Shown: positions 1 to 13,200 of the stretch, piece by piece
Numbering within the stretch: the first letter of the stretch is position 1
Layout of the letters: every line of letters starts with the position of its first letter
DNA from: Botryllus schlosseri
Lineage: Eukaryota
Length of the DNA stretch: 64,000 nt
Direction of reading: 5' to 3'
Assembly (NCBI GenBank): GCA_051294905.1
Contig: CM119372.1
Span: forward strand, 1,612,001-1,676,000
Position numbers and translations under genes: made by a program
The notes under the pieces: generated by a model
What the model was told of the DNA's origin: nothing
Database searches by the model: none
What the model saw: the letters and a program-made list of their open reading frames with translations, nothing else

Positions 1-345
1 ATCCAGCGCTTGAATTTAATTCACAGCAGTCTAGGGCCACTAGGTAATTCTAGCTGTCTAATTACAGTGGTTCCCAGCCTTTTTCGACTCATCGCCCCTA
101 TATACAACTTGACATATATTTATCGCCTCCCATATTTTCGGATCGGAGATAGCGGATATATGAACGGAAAATGTATACAGCTAACTCTGGCCGCTGGTAA
201 ATTGACTAAAAAGTCACAACAATGAAAGTCAGCATTCGCGGTCATCCCTGAAAATCCCGGTATTTGAAGATGTGTCGAGTTGACCTTTTTAGTCAACTTT
301 CGCGGCAGTTCCATAATAACACGTTTTTCGTGTGTATATTATGTC

Positions 346-787
346 TAGGGTTGCGTTTAAAACAAAAATCAATTTAAAACAAACATGTTTAAAACAAGGC
401 CCTAATTTAAAAGATGTTTTTTATTTGTTTTTTTTATAGTCTTGACGTCACGAATATTCAATTGTGACGTCATAGTAAAATTGACATTAACAATTGAAAA
501 TATAGGGTAAATATAGCTCCTTTGACGAAATACCTGTACTATTAATGCCGAACCGACATTTTTGAGGGTTCCAACCATCTCATATCGATATGCGTCGCCT
601 ATATCGGGTATAGTAATTGTCCGTAGGCTCATACAACAAGTTTTTTGGAAAGTATTTACACAATTATGGCATAATTTTACAACTTAAAAAAAAAAACAAT
701 TTTTTGAAGGCCTTTGTTTTAAACACTGTGTAAAACCTGTTTTAAACAAAGAGTTTTAAAACACCGTTTGTTTTAAATGCAACCCTA
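346..787. mobile_element. hAT-type MITE family B
   Basis: TAGGGTTGCGTTTAAAACAAA...TTTTAAATGCAACCCTA; TSD attatgtc/attatgtt. Homologous to 23115-23529 and about 39639-40074. Confidence 0.85.
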
Positions 788-1225
788 ATTATGTTGGTGT
801 CCGGTTGCCGGTTAGTTAAATAGATCTGACTGGACGTTCTAAGATTTTCAACTCCTGTCGCTCCTTCGTAAGTTTTCGCCATCCAATTGCCCACGTTGTT
901 ATTTTCGCCCCTGTATTTCAAAATCGCAAACTGAGGAGGGATACCGCCCACGTTTGCAACCAGTGAATTAGCTTAAATAAAGCGAAATGACGGTAATCTA
1001 ATGACTCTAATTTGTGAACGATATCTATGTTCTGATTTGAATTCTAATCTAATTCCTGCTTTTCCTGACAATTGCTATTCTCATGCACTAATATATCTGA
1101 GTTCTGGCGAATTCAGTAATCCCAATTTTAATCTAATTCGGAATAAAACTGTAGCTATAATTCTAATTCTAATCGAATTTGAAAAAGATGAAAATGGCCT
1201 ATAGTTTTCCGAATCTACCTCGCAG

Positions 1226-4200
1226 GGCCTCTTTATTTCAATCACGGGACCGACTCTTCTTTTTCTGGCCGAAAACACAAACTCGGACGTGACTCAAGTG
1301 TCTGCGATGTTCAGCGGAAGGTCGGTCGGGTGCTTAGTGGGTGCTGCATGTTTTAGCGCGGTAGTAAATCGCTTCACCAAGTTCCAGCCGCTTTTGAGTC
1401 TGGGTGAGTTATTTGTGGGGGATATATCACGTAGGTAATTCCAGAGTCGCTGAAAAATGTTTTACCCCAATACAGGTGATCAGTAACGAATTCTTTCTAC
1501 TTTTTTCAAGTACCCATGGTTTTGCGTACTTACTGAAGCGGGTATTTTTTGATCACTTTTAAGTTCCTCTGGTCTCCTAGGAGCGTACGTCATATATCCT
1601 CCAATCTCCATGGTTTCTCTGCTTCTTTGTTATGACAGTGTACACACCTTCTCAGCATGCGAGGGGCTAATACTGCGATGATTTAGTCAAATAAGTTACC
1701 GTCTATACCAGGAGCCAGTAGGTAGTCATAGCTGCATGACAGTATTGGGATGACTCGAGTCACCTTTTACGTATGACTTAACTTGACTCGAGTCACTTTA
1801 TAAAAATGACTTGACTTGACTTGACTCAGCGAAATGGGGATTGACTCGTGACTCGGAGCAAAATTTACGAGTCAATTTCAAGTCGTCAAGTAATCGGTGT
1901 CGACAAAAATAGCTGTATGCTTTACAAATGTTCTGATTGTTCTCGATACGCTGGTGTGAGGGCGAAAAATCTCATTCATTCAATGATTTTGTGTTTTACT
2001 GAACTTTCATTGTTCTATCACAAATACTTTAACCGATAATAGCTTACCTTCACAGTAGTAAAGTAACATGATAACAAGGTACATATCTCTGTTCTATTGA
2101 CTGGTCATTGACGCTAGGTAATCACGCTCATCAAATCTCTTGTATCCCATGGATATGTAGTTGGGTAATGTATCATTTCAATTCGCTTCCCGCGTTTCTA
2201 TTCTCGATTTTAGCGGATATACAATGAGGGTATACAATAGGATGGAGAATGGACCGGAGCCTGATTGGATAACCTAGTGCAGTGGTTCTCAGCCTTTTTG
2301 TCTTCGCGGACCCCTTCCGGACCGTCACGGACCCCGCGGACCCCCACGAAGCTTTAGATCAAATTTAGCTCAATTATCATGCAATCGCCATTTGACTTGT
2401 GCAAGTGATAGCTGTAGGCTTAGTTATAAAAAGCAACGAAATGACTTTTCTTGAAAATAAGATCATACTCTTCGTTCGTGTTGAAATTGGGATGACTTTT
2501 AATATTTCAAAGTAAATTCTGCAACTGCATATCCTGAAATACGGGGTGGTGTCTTGAAAATACGCGCCTTCGGTTTGATATGTACGAGTGCCGAAAATTC
2601 ATTCCCACAATTTTAGGTTATGGCGAATGTAATAATAACGCGTAACGCTTCCGACGACACATTTGGGTATGATCGCAACAAATATGGCACCAAAATGGAA
2701 AAGCGATTTTTTCAATGTACATACAACGTCAAGCCTGGTCATTTCTATCTAGCACAGGGGTGTCAAACATATGGCCCGTTGGCTGCATCCGGCTTGTCAG
2801 ACCACTTCATCCGGCCCGCGAGGCCATTCTGAGTAAATTGAAAAAAAATTAATCTCATTATCCGACAGATTTTTAACAGAAGTTGAGATTTTACTACTAA
2901 ATAATTCGACGCAAATAATCCAGCATATTTTTCACGACGAATAGGTCGGACCAACGACGCATATCCGTTGTCCAGTGACATTGTCCACTAAAACGGGCAC
3001 AGAAATATTTCAATGATATCCTCGTTACAGCCACTCTTATAGTAGGTAATAAATGTATTCAATTGGCCAATTATCGTATTTTTGCCAATTCCATTGTTTG
3101 CGAATAACGTTGTTGCTGGAATAAAGTGGGCCCACATATTCCGTGATATCAATAAAGCATTCCAGTGAAAAGCAAAGATATGGATGTCGACATAGCATAT
3201 TGAAATTATTTGACTGGTCCGGTCCGCGAGTGACTAAAACTCCACAAAACTCCATCAAACAGCAAAATGTTTGTATCAGTAGGCTATTGGCAATTTTGGG
3301 ATTAAAATGAGCCCGCACAGTACGATATTGCATCTCAGACGGCCATACTGTTGATGTGAGCTCTGGAGTTTTACTAGTAATGAAGCGAAACTGTACCACG
3401 TGATTTCCCTATTAAAAAATACAAATTAGGTTATCAAATATTTTGAGGCTTCGCGGACCCCCTGAAAATGCTTCGCGGACCCCCAGGGGTCCGCGGACCC
3501 CCGGTTGAGAACCACTAACCTAGTGGATATTCTAGCTTTTGGCTGGAGCAGGCACGGAGCCGGATCAGTACTTTTTCTGATACGGCCGGATTCGGTTCGG
3601 AGCCGGATCAGTACTTTTTACACTAAGAATATGACAGCCTTACCCTCTTCCACCCTCGAATCAGAGAGTGAATTAGAGTGACGCGTTCATGAAAATAAAC
3701 CACATGCTGAGTCCAAGTTGGCATAATTACTACAGATAAAGTTTGAGTTTTTAATGTCCTGTTTGCATTGTTTCAATCAATATTCAATACCGTGCCGTGA
3801 ATAGATGGATATTATCGGAGTTGTTTGAACCAGATCACGGTCTATTCTAGAATCCGGCCTAGGAGTCGGACCGGAGTCGGACCAGAGCTTTAAAAAACAG
3901 GATCGGAGTAGGATCATAGAATTTGTCGATCCGCTCCGCACCAGTATACAACAGTTATCTAGTTTATCAGTACTACGCATTCGTGAGCTATAAAACGCAT
4001 TCTGCATGTATATTTAGTTATTTACCTCTACACCCATACCTCGATTTTAAAGAAATGGCGACTCGATCTGAATTTCAAACATCTAGCAAAATGCAATGAC
4101 TTAATCATGCCTCGTTCTTCGAAAAGAAAACTTGACTTGAATTGTGACTTTTCTCGGGACTTGATTTGACTTGACTGATTGACTCGACTTGACTCGAGTC

Positions 4201-7200
4201 ACCGCCAAAACCGAGTGACTTGACTTGACTCCAGACACTTTTGAAAAACGATTGACTTGACTCGAGTTAAAATCTGCAATGACTTGTGACTCAAAGGTAA
4301 TGACTTGATCCCAACACTGTTGCATGGGTGTGTTACAAGCAGTCACTGATGATTGTCCAAATGCAATACTCAATTACAAGTAGATGTATCGATTTTTAAA
4401 ATACCTTAAAATACCTGAAGTAGGAGTACATGACTTAATCGTAGTGTGTGAAAACCACTGAACGAGTTTGAAAACGTAGACCGTTCCATCGCCGATCCTA
4501 CCAGAATCTTTCTGACTTGATGACGCATAATGGCCAACAGAGTGTGCAATAGATACAGATGTTCTCGCACGATAGAAACACAAACCTCCATTTCACTCAC
4601 AAAGTCGATGCAAATCTGTACAACACAACCTTCTACTTCAGTGTCAAAAATATGGTACTCCGGACCATACTCTATTGATGATGAAGTAGAAGTAGCCTTG
4701 CTTCGACGCGGCACTCCAATCCCAATGAGTGCCGATTTTTCAGCCGCCAAATCCTATCTGCTCTGCTAAATCGGCTATTGTGGACTCCGCAAAACGTTGC
4801 GTATCGGTCTTCTATTCAATTTACCACAACCAAGCAAACCAAGTTGAACATGAACGTAAATTAAGGCTTTGATTGAAATACGATGATACGATAGCGAAAT
4901 TCACAATAGTGATTGCACGTCCGATAGTCGAAGAATTGTAACAAAAACGAAGAAATTATACAGGCAGGCGATCACAGACGGCGCAAAAATTAAATCAGCC
5001 AATCAAATCAAACCGGGCAATTAGGAGTTCTCGATTAGAAAAGCGAAATACAAATGTAGGACAGTTAAATTACAAAATTCACTAAAACATGACTTGTGAG
5101 AACAAGCTTAGCAAAATCACCACTTGACTGAGCAACCCGAGTACTCCGGACACGTAACCGATTACCGTTACCGTTACAGACATGTTACTGCGTTACTGAC
5201 CACCAACACGATCACAGAGTGTGCATGCATTATTGCATTCCCGCATGGACCAATTTCGCACAGGCCGAAAGGCATATCCCCAGAGTATAGATTATGAAAT
5301 TGATCGCCCTCGAAATACGTTTCACAAGGAGATTCTAAAATTTATTCCCGGCTACGCTTCTTGGTTGTGTCTCCGATATTCAGGAACAAATGCACCAGAT
5401 GTATTATTATTTTCATTCGATCAGGACACACAGCGCACAATGCAATAATAACTGCTCGCAGTCGTCGTGGACTTTTCGCATTTCCGTTTCAGGCATTGGA
5501 CTTGGATTGAATGGAGTTGTGATGTTGATCACGCCTTTCCTCACTTCTTTGGCAGGACTTGTTGTCGTTACGACTATCGGCGGTCTAATGTTCGGATATC
5601 TCGACGCAGGTTAGTAGGCTAAGATCATTGATTTGTGAGTTCCCGCAAGATAGGACTCATTTTGCATGCAAGTGTATTTTGTATACAGGCTATTCAGCTC
5701 CATATTATTTGGTATTTTTTCAACCATGCCTATTCTGTTGCGCTTTGTGACATTATTGTGGATTGATTACGACGTCGCGGATAAGTCATTTCCACTAATG
5801 CACGTGGCTTTGTCTATACCACATGCTTCTTTTGTTGATACACGACCGATCGAGCTTTGCAACCTTCCACAGTGGATATTAGTATCGAAACTATAATTTT
5901 CCTTGATAAATGAACTCTTAATGATAATTAGAGTATAATTTCAGAGCTCCAAAAAATCGTCTGTCGCTACCCGGCTCGAATCTTTAAAATTAATAGGCCT
6001 ACTCAATTTATATTTGAGTACTCTGATCATTGTGCCCATACCTACACATGACTTTTCCATATCGAAACACCCTATACTACCCCCATACCATTGAGCTTGC
6101 TTCTATTAGAACCCGAAATTCCAATCCAATGTTGAGTTATTATGTGATCGAAATAGATAGCACGAGACGATGCATTCTGATGCTGTGGGCTGTTTTACGA
6201 AGCTACGTCGGGCAGCTTTTGCGAGATATAGCCCCCGAAGTCGCCAACTATTGAAGCAGTACTAATCGATTGCGTACTAATTGAACATTATATTCCGCAG
6301 GAATGCAAGCGGTGTATTTGAAACTTTGGGGAGAAGAAGCTTCACGTCCGTATATCCAGTCGTTTCACTTTGGATTCAGTGTTGGAGCGTTGTTGGCCCC
6401 GATTATTGGTGAGAAGAATAAAACAGTCCTCTAATCCGGTGGTTCTTAAACATTTTTGACGCGAATTCACGATGGTAAAATGCTGCGAGCCAAGTGCCCA
6501 ACCTCTTATCGCTAAATACAGAACAAATCATGGAAGAGTAACGTACAGTTTGGAGACTATAAACTGAACTCCATAGCGCAGGAATGTGCAATGCATTTGA
6601 TTTATTAGACATTCGTATGGTTGTTATTAGCGTTTGGTGTCTTTTTGCATGAGTGAGCATGCAACAAGAAATAATCTCCCGGAAATCGTTTAATGTCGGC
6701 AGCAGACAAATTTGGTTGAGGGACAAGTCGATGTTAGTTATGGTGTGAGAAATCAAGACAACGTTTGTCTGTTTACGGAGTACAAGGAGTGGCAGGATAT
6801 CCGTAATCATGACTGCAATTGCTGACAGTATCGACCTTTTGATCGTCATTCTAATACAGCTGTAAGACATCGATTTTCCGGGACTTTTGTTTCGCGATCG
6901 TTTTCGATTTTATCATCGGAAAGAAGAAGAGAAATACCAAGAATATCTGGGTAGGCGGCATTCATCCCACGGCCACGAACTTCTTCCAAATATTCCACTT
7001 ATCTCGTTCTCTTACGCGATGAAGCCGATCACAATCCATACTATAGAGTACAAAAGATCCCAAGAAATATGAAGACATACAAAACATCTATCAACGTTAC
7101 ACAGTTTCTAATACCGTCTCGCCGTAAAATGATGTGGAATAACATCATATATATGCTATCAGTCTTGCAGATCCAACAGAAAAGAGTACAATAAAGGCCA

Positions 7201-10200
7201 TATAAATTCTTCTACGTTGGTATTTCCACTGTAAAAGTTCCTTTTTTCTTCCGTAAATCACCAAACGAACTATCAAAGCAACTGTCGCCAAAGCAAGAAC
7301 GTAGGTTGTTACTCCACATGCGATGATTGGTTTGCTTATAATTGTGGTTATTGTCGTAGCCTCGCTGACGTTGGCCTCAGAATAGTTACTGGTATTTAGC
7401 ATGTTGATAGATCATGCTAACTGACTGTGTTCCAGTCTTAAATTCAATTGAATAGTATGGTTGAAACGATGAGGATTCATCATGTACAACAGTGGTTCTT
7501 AAACTTTTTAGACCGCGACCCAAATCTGACTTATAGTGGTATCTCGCGACCCAAGCAACACACACCAAAATGAATGCATTTTGGTGCCGAACAATTATAT
7601 CAATAACGAAGGGTTTGGCCAGGTGGCGAGATAGCGCAGTGGTATAATCCGCGGCTGCAACACCGATGGGTACGAGTTCGAGTCCGACCGAGGTCGACTT
7701 CCGAATTCCGATACCTAAGTGTTGGAGGTTTACCTAGACTCCTCCTCGCTACCTCATCCGCGTCAGCGGTGTCTTACAAAAGCCTAGAGGTGGGCCGTGC
7801 TATAAGTCGGCAGTTACGGAAAAATAAGAAGAATATCGGCCTGGTGTAAATGACCGTAGTAGTCGACAAACACCATGAATACCCCAAACCAAACAAACAA
7901 AAACAAACAAAAGGGTTTGGCCACCCAGCGACCGTCAATTATCGCCACCGAACTTTTTGGCACCGCACTTTGCCCAGCCGTATGTTGGCCCAACGTCATA
8001 TATTCATGTATCCAAGCGTGGGCGGGTTTTGACCTCATAAACCGGCAACCGCTCGTTGTACAACTCTACACTAGAGCGTCCCAGGTCTCCGACGGTGTTT
8101 TCCAGAGAAACCAATGTTGAAAAATTTTGTCATGAATTCAAACCAATTTGTTTAATACAAAGGTCGGCACATTTTCATGATCAAGTCATGTTGTGGTGGC
8201 GACTTCTCCGCGTGTCTCGCTTATTGGCCACGGTACCAAACTCAGTGACCTCTGATATGCCCAAACCAACTACAGTAAATCGCGCGAAAAGCGAAGATAT
8301 ATTTGTTGTTGCAATGACCTCAAACAATATTACATACATATTAAAAGACCGCTCTGGCACCTTCGCGGCCCAAAATTATACCCTTCGCGACCTATGTTTG
8401 GGTCGCGACTCACGACCCATACTTTAAGAACCACTGATGTACAAGGAGAATCCTTCGTCCGTGTTCTATTCGGAATCATGACTGGCAGTAACACAGAGAC
8501 GTTTTAGCAAATTGCGCAAATTCAGTTAACTAAGACAATACGTTATTGGTCGGAATACGCATTTGCATCTATAGTTCGATCGATTAAATTGAGATTTATC
8601 TCGCTGAGTTACTGTCAAACTAATCGTACATGGTACCATCCATGACGTTGTGTTTGTGGTATTGATGGTGTTTGTCGACTACAGTGGTCAATTGGTCATT
8701 TACACCGGGCCGATTGTCTTTATTTTAATTCCGTATTTACCGACTTGTAGCACGGCCGACTTCTGGGCTTTTTAAGATACCGCTTATGTCGATGAGAAAC
8801 CTGGATAAACCTCTAACACTTACATGGGAATTCTGGAGTCGACCTCGGTCGGATTCGAACCAGTGATGAGCATCGATCGGACGCGGATAGGATTCGCAGA
8901 ATTTTCAGACAATTGAATAGTATATTCATATTGAAATGAACCCGAATATTTTCGTCTGACACTCGTCAGGGGTAATCGTCAGCAACTAGTAAAGAATTGG
9001 AAGAACATTGTATATCAACAATCGTATCACGAAAAATGACGTCACCGACCTGAAATGAGATCTCAAATAAGAGAGCGTTCAATGCAATATTTTAAGATGG
9101 TACACGAACTCATGCAGCCCAAGCTTTGTCAAGAAACTTAAGACTAGACTACTGCTCGTCGTATGTCATGTGCAGTGCAGGTGAAGTCGTAAGCAGTGAA
9201 TTAAATTACAATGCCCGTCTAATGGCATCTATTGAAGCAACAAGAGACGTTTAAATAGGGACATGTCTTCTTAAGCAACAGAGGTGGCCTTACGCATTCA
9301 GAGAACCTCACAAAAAGAAGGGCACCTTTAGACTCAAATTACGTAGCGATCGATAACACTGGTCGACAGGATGTTTTTCTTTCTAGCCAAAATGGTTATT
9401 ATTAGGTAAATTTTCGTACGCTGATTGCAAATATTAAGTCGCTTTTTATATCACGCCAAGTTTTTTTTATAATCATAGTCTGGTATTTAAAATTTTGCAT
9501 TTTAGTACTAGAAAGAGCGTATTCTGTGAAGTATTACTCGCTGTGGGGTCATAGTTATAACCATCGTGACGTCATCAGAGGTGTTCATTGTTCAAAGGCG
9601 ATGTAAAGAACATGCATGCGCAGTACACTGAATGAAAAATAAAGCGACATTGAGGCGTTGAAGCATTGGAAAACAAAAATCTTTAACATTTGATGTGCAA
9701 AAGGCTTGGATAGAACTCCATGGACACGAAAAAGATTGTTACTTCTTCGCATGTGTTGCTTTTGGATTCAATGTCAAAAATGTGCATAAAATTCAATTCA
9801 AGTTGAATTTGCCAAAGCAGTCTGCTTTTATTGTAGGTTCCAGATTGAAAGCCAAACGTGTGCTTAGCACTGATACCACTTCTGCTTGGTATATGCATCG
9901 TGATATTGGATACACTCGCTTTTTCGCCTCCGAACCCTCTTTAGTCTGTTGTGTGGTTGTTCAAGGTCTCGTAGAGACATTAGGAATTGGGAATTGCGCC
10001 TCTTTATTTATGCATCCCCTGAGTGCCGATGAAGTTGAAGAGGGTGTATCTGTTGGACCTCAAATGAGAACACTCATCAAAAAACCACTTACTGCTTATT
10101 ACCAAGACGGGTTTGGAAAGAAATGCACGACTCTCTTTCATAGAAATTGCATCTAAATTTCTTGCCGTTTTTGAGTAAAATTTTTCATTCGATTTTGGCG

Positions 10201-13200
10201 GAAAATTGTGACCTGATGAGTGAATTCTGACAGCAAATTTGGAATTAGCATCGTTAAATTAGATAATATCTATTAAACCTGCTAAGAAGGTTATAAAAAA
10301 GTTGAAAAATGTCTAAATGTGTCTAAAAATGTCTGTGTAATGAACGATTTTACTTTAGACAGGATTTGACTCTTGAAGTGGTAAAGAATTCAAGGATAGG
10401 TATCAAAGAAAATCGAAACACGTTTGAAGGCTGGAACTTCGTCTACAGTGGACATTGTACGACACTCGACTTGAGCATATAATCAGGATAGAGGTAGCTC
10501 ATTCGCAATTGCGAGATTTAGCGGCAACTACAAAAATATTAAACCCCATATTACGCTACTCGTCACCCTCGATCGAACTACTAAAGACTCGTTCGCGTTT
10601 TCGATTTATAGAGCCAAGACAACGCTGTACGGAAATGCTTTAAGTAAACGAACATGGGGAAGTAATTCAAGGAATTGTAGTGGATAGAGTCGGTTTCAGT
10701 AGATCGCTTATTCACTATCCTTTGCATCCTATGTTCACAGCGGCTCCGTTTCTGGCGATGGCCAATGCAGAAGGAGATGCAGGGACTACATGCCCGGGCG
10801 ATATCGACGTCTTTACAACAGCCATGACGCATGCTAATGAGACTACGACTGCTATTCCACCCGGTTCGTATAATCCGACTCGTATGCAGAAGTTTCTATT
10901 ATATAGCAGGTACTGCTACGGGATCCATAACACCCTTTGGCCACTCCTGTCTCCTGTGTGCCAGGGTTGCTACCTTACTAGGGCAACTAAAAAATTTCCA
11001 GCTCTTCTAAATTGGTTTGAAATTAGAATGACTGAATTTGCGATACCGTAACTTGGAAATTGAATCAAGTTCAGCTCATATCAAATGAACGTTTGCTCTC
11101 ATAAGCACAAGAACGGCAAATGTCTGCGCAGAAAGCTTGGCTCGTTTCGCACTATACACTTCTGTAGCATTTTCAGGAAAACCGAAAATTTACTATCTTG
11201 ATAACGATTAACATTAATCAGAGCATTCGATAGCGGCCACTCGGAAAGCGTAAATCCTAGACTTGAGCGGGACCATAATGAAAATGAAGACGAATATATT
11301 ATTATATATTGTAATATTGCATTTTATTTTGTGACCTGCAATCTTGACGGGTTGCGAGCAGCGTCAGGTAATAAGCTTACCACCTTTTCTGTTCCGTTTC
11401 AGCAAATATCAATCCAATCAGTTGGGCGTTTGTGATCATTGGTGTTTACACACTCCTGATTTCAATAGTTTTGAGCGGACTGGCACTGTGCCACGTGGAA
11501 AACAAAGTGCAAACGCGCCACGTCGTGTCTACAGGTAACGTGACGAATCGAGCGTTTGTAATAAGTAGGAAGCGACCGAACATTTTGTAACTGATACACA
11601 GGGCAATTGTTTTTTACTTGTCAAAGAAAGTAATATTATGTCAAAATTATTGCTTCACGTCCAAAGTCGATTCTATTTCACAAACTGCATTTTTGTAGTG
11701 TGTTAGGGGCTAATTGTTATTAAACTTCTCATATGGTATTGTACACCTTGTAGCCTACTAGAAATAGTTAGGTGTAATTTATGTAGGCTACTCGAATTAT
11801 TCATTCATCCAAATTTGTCAAATATTCTTTTATGTCAAAAAAAGGAAAAAAAATCTATATTTAGGTCACAATTTTTCGAATTTTATGTCGCAAAATAATC
11901 GCTCTACTGTTGATCAAGACAGCGTATTACTGTCGAATCATATCGATTAAGCTTGATTGATTTTTAACATAAGTGTTATCCTTGGTGCAGAATCGAGACC
12001 GGAAGACTCCATTAAAGATTTATGGGTATTTTTTCTCCCACTTTGTGTCTATTACTTCTGCTGCGTCTCGAGCGAGATGGTCTATCAAGGCTACATTTAC
12101 TCGGTGTCACTGTGCTCATCTTTGAGATTCACTGTAAGTATATCCCTCATATCCATATCGTTCAGGAACATTGTGTATCATGTTTTTATAGGTTTACATG
12201 GTGTTTGTCGACTTGGTCTTTTACACCGGGCCGATATTCTTCATTTTTATTCCGTAACTGCTGACTTATAGCACGGTCCACTTTTAGTCTTTTTGTAAGA
12301 CACCGCTAATGAGTACGAGCCTAGATAAACCTCCAACACTTAGGTATAGGAATTCTGAAGTTGGACTCAAACCCGCAACCTATTGGTGTTGCAGCCGCGG
12401 ATTACACCACTGCGCTATCTCGCCACTGTGTATCACGTGTTGATGTACTATGTTCTTTCAATTCTCTCCTAGGTGCTGACAATTAGTCTACTCCTTACGA
12501 GTGCCATCCGAAAATATTCGGCTTTAATCCAATATAACATAATATTCAATTGCATGTTATTGTTCTATAGGCTACCTCCAGAGTCTCTTACGGAATATAT
12601 TCGAATCTGACGACACAATGGAATAGTCACATAATTATAAACCTGTTACGAGTATTGCTTTCAAAACTACATTCACTGCAGTCAAGAATCTATTAACTCA
12701 AGGACTTTTCGTGTGCCACTTATCAAGAGTTAACGGCACAATAACAAGCATATAGAATCAGATTCAAACGAAAACCAAATTGGCAAAGTATGACGTAACA
12801 ATTTAATGATAAAAAGGAACGCTAGGCAAAGTCAGCTGTACCGGTAGACATAAGCATAACAAGCGGTGAGAGAAAAGAGAAAATCAAATTATACAATACA
12901 CGGAAGGCATTAAACAGAGAAATAGCGTTACATATATTTGTGGAAAATGTTAAGAATTTATAAATTAGGGTTACCATATTTTTGTGGCACAAATTCCGGA
13001 CGTTCTTCAGCGCCCACTAGCGGATTTTAAAAAGAGGTATGAGCACATTGTCGATCAATATGACGTCACACCGGCAAAGCCTTCTCTATCGACTAGAGGT
13101 GGTTCGATCCGGTTCAGGAGTATCTGGTTGTGTGATTTAAGTTTTAACCAGGGCCGAAGCCACATTTTTTCAGCACCCTCCCGTCCCAATGAACACTGAT

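Larger units (their letters stand above)
1740..4319. mobile_element. hAT-type MITE family C (GACTC/GACTT subterminal repeats) hosting nested insertions
   Basis: CAGTATTGGGATGACTCGAG...TTGATCCCAACACTG; its arms are reverse complements of the 14194-15142 copy. Confidence 0.8.

Noticed and set aside
7622..7700. tRNA-Cys gene (GCA in an anticodon-like loop); same at 63930-64000
   Set aside because: The acceptor stem is poor, and it continues into a repeated body with a tail and TSD, so it is a SINE head.
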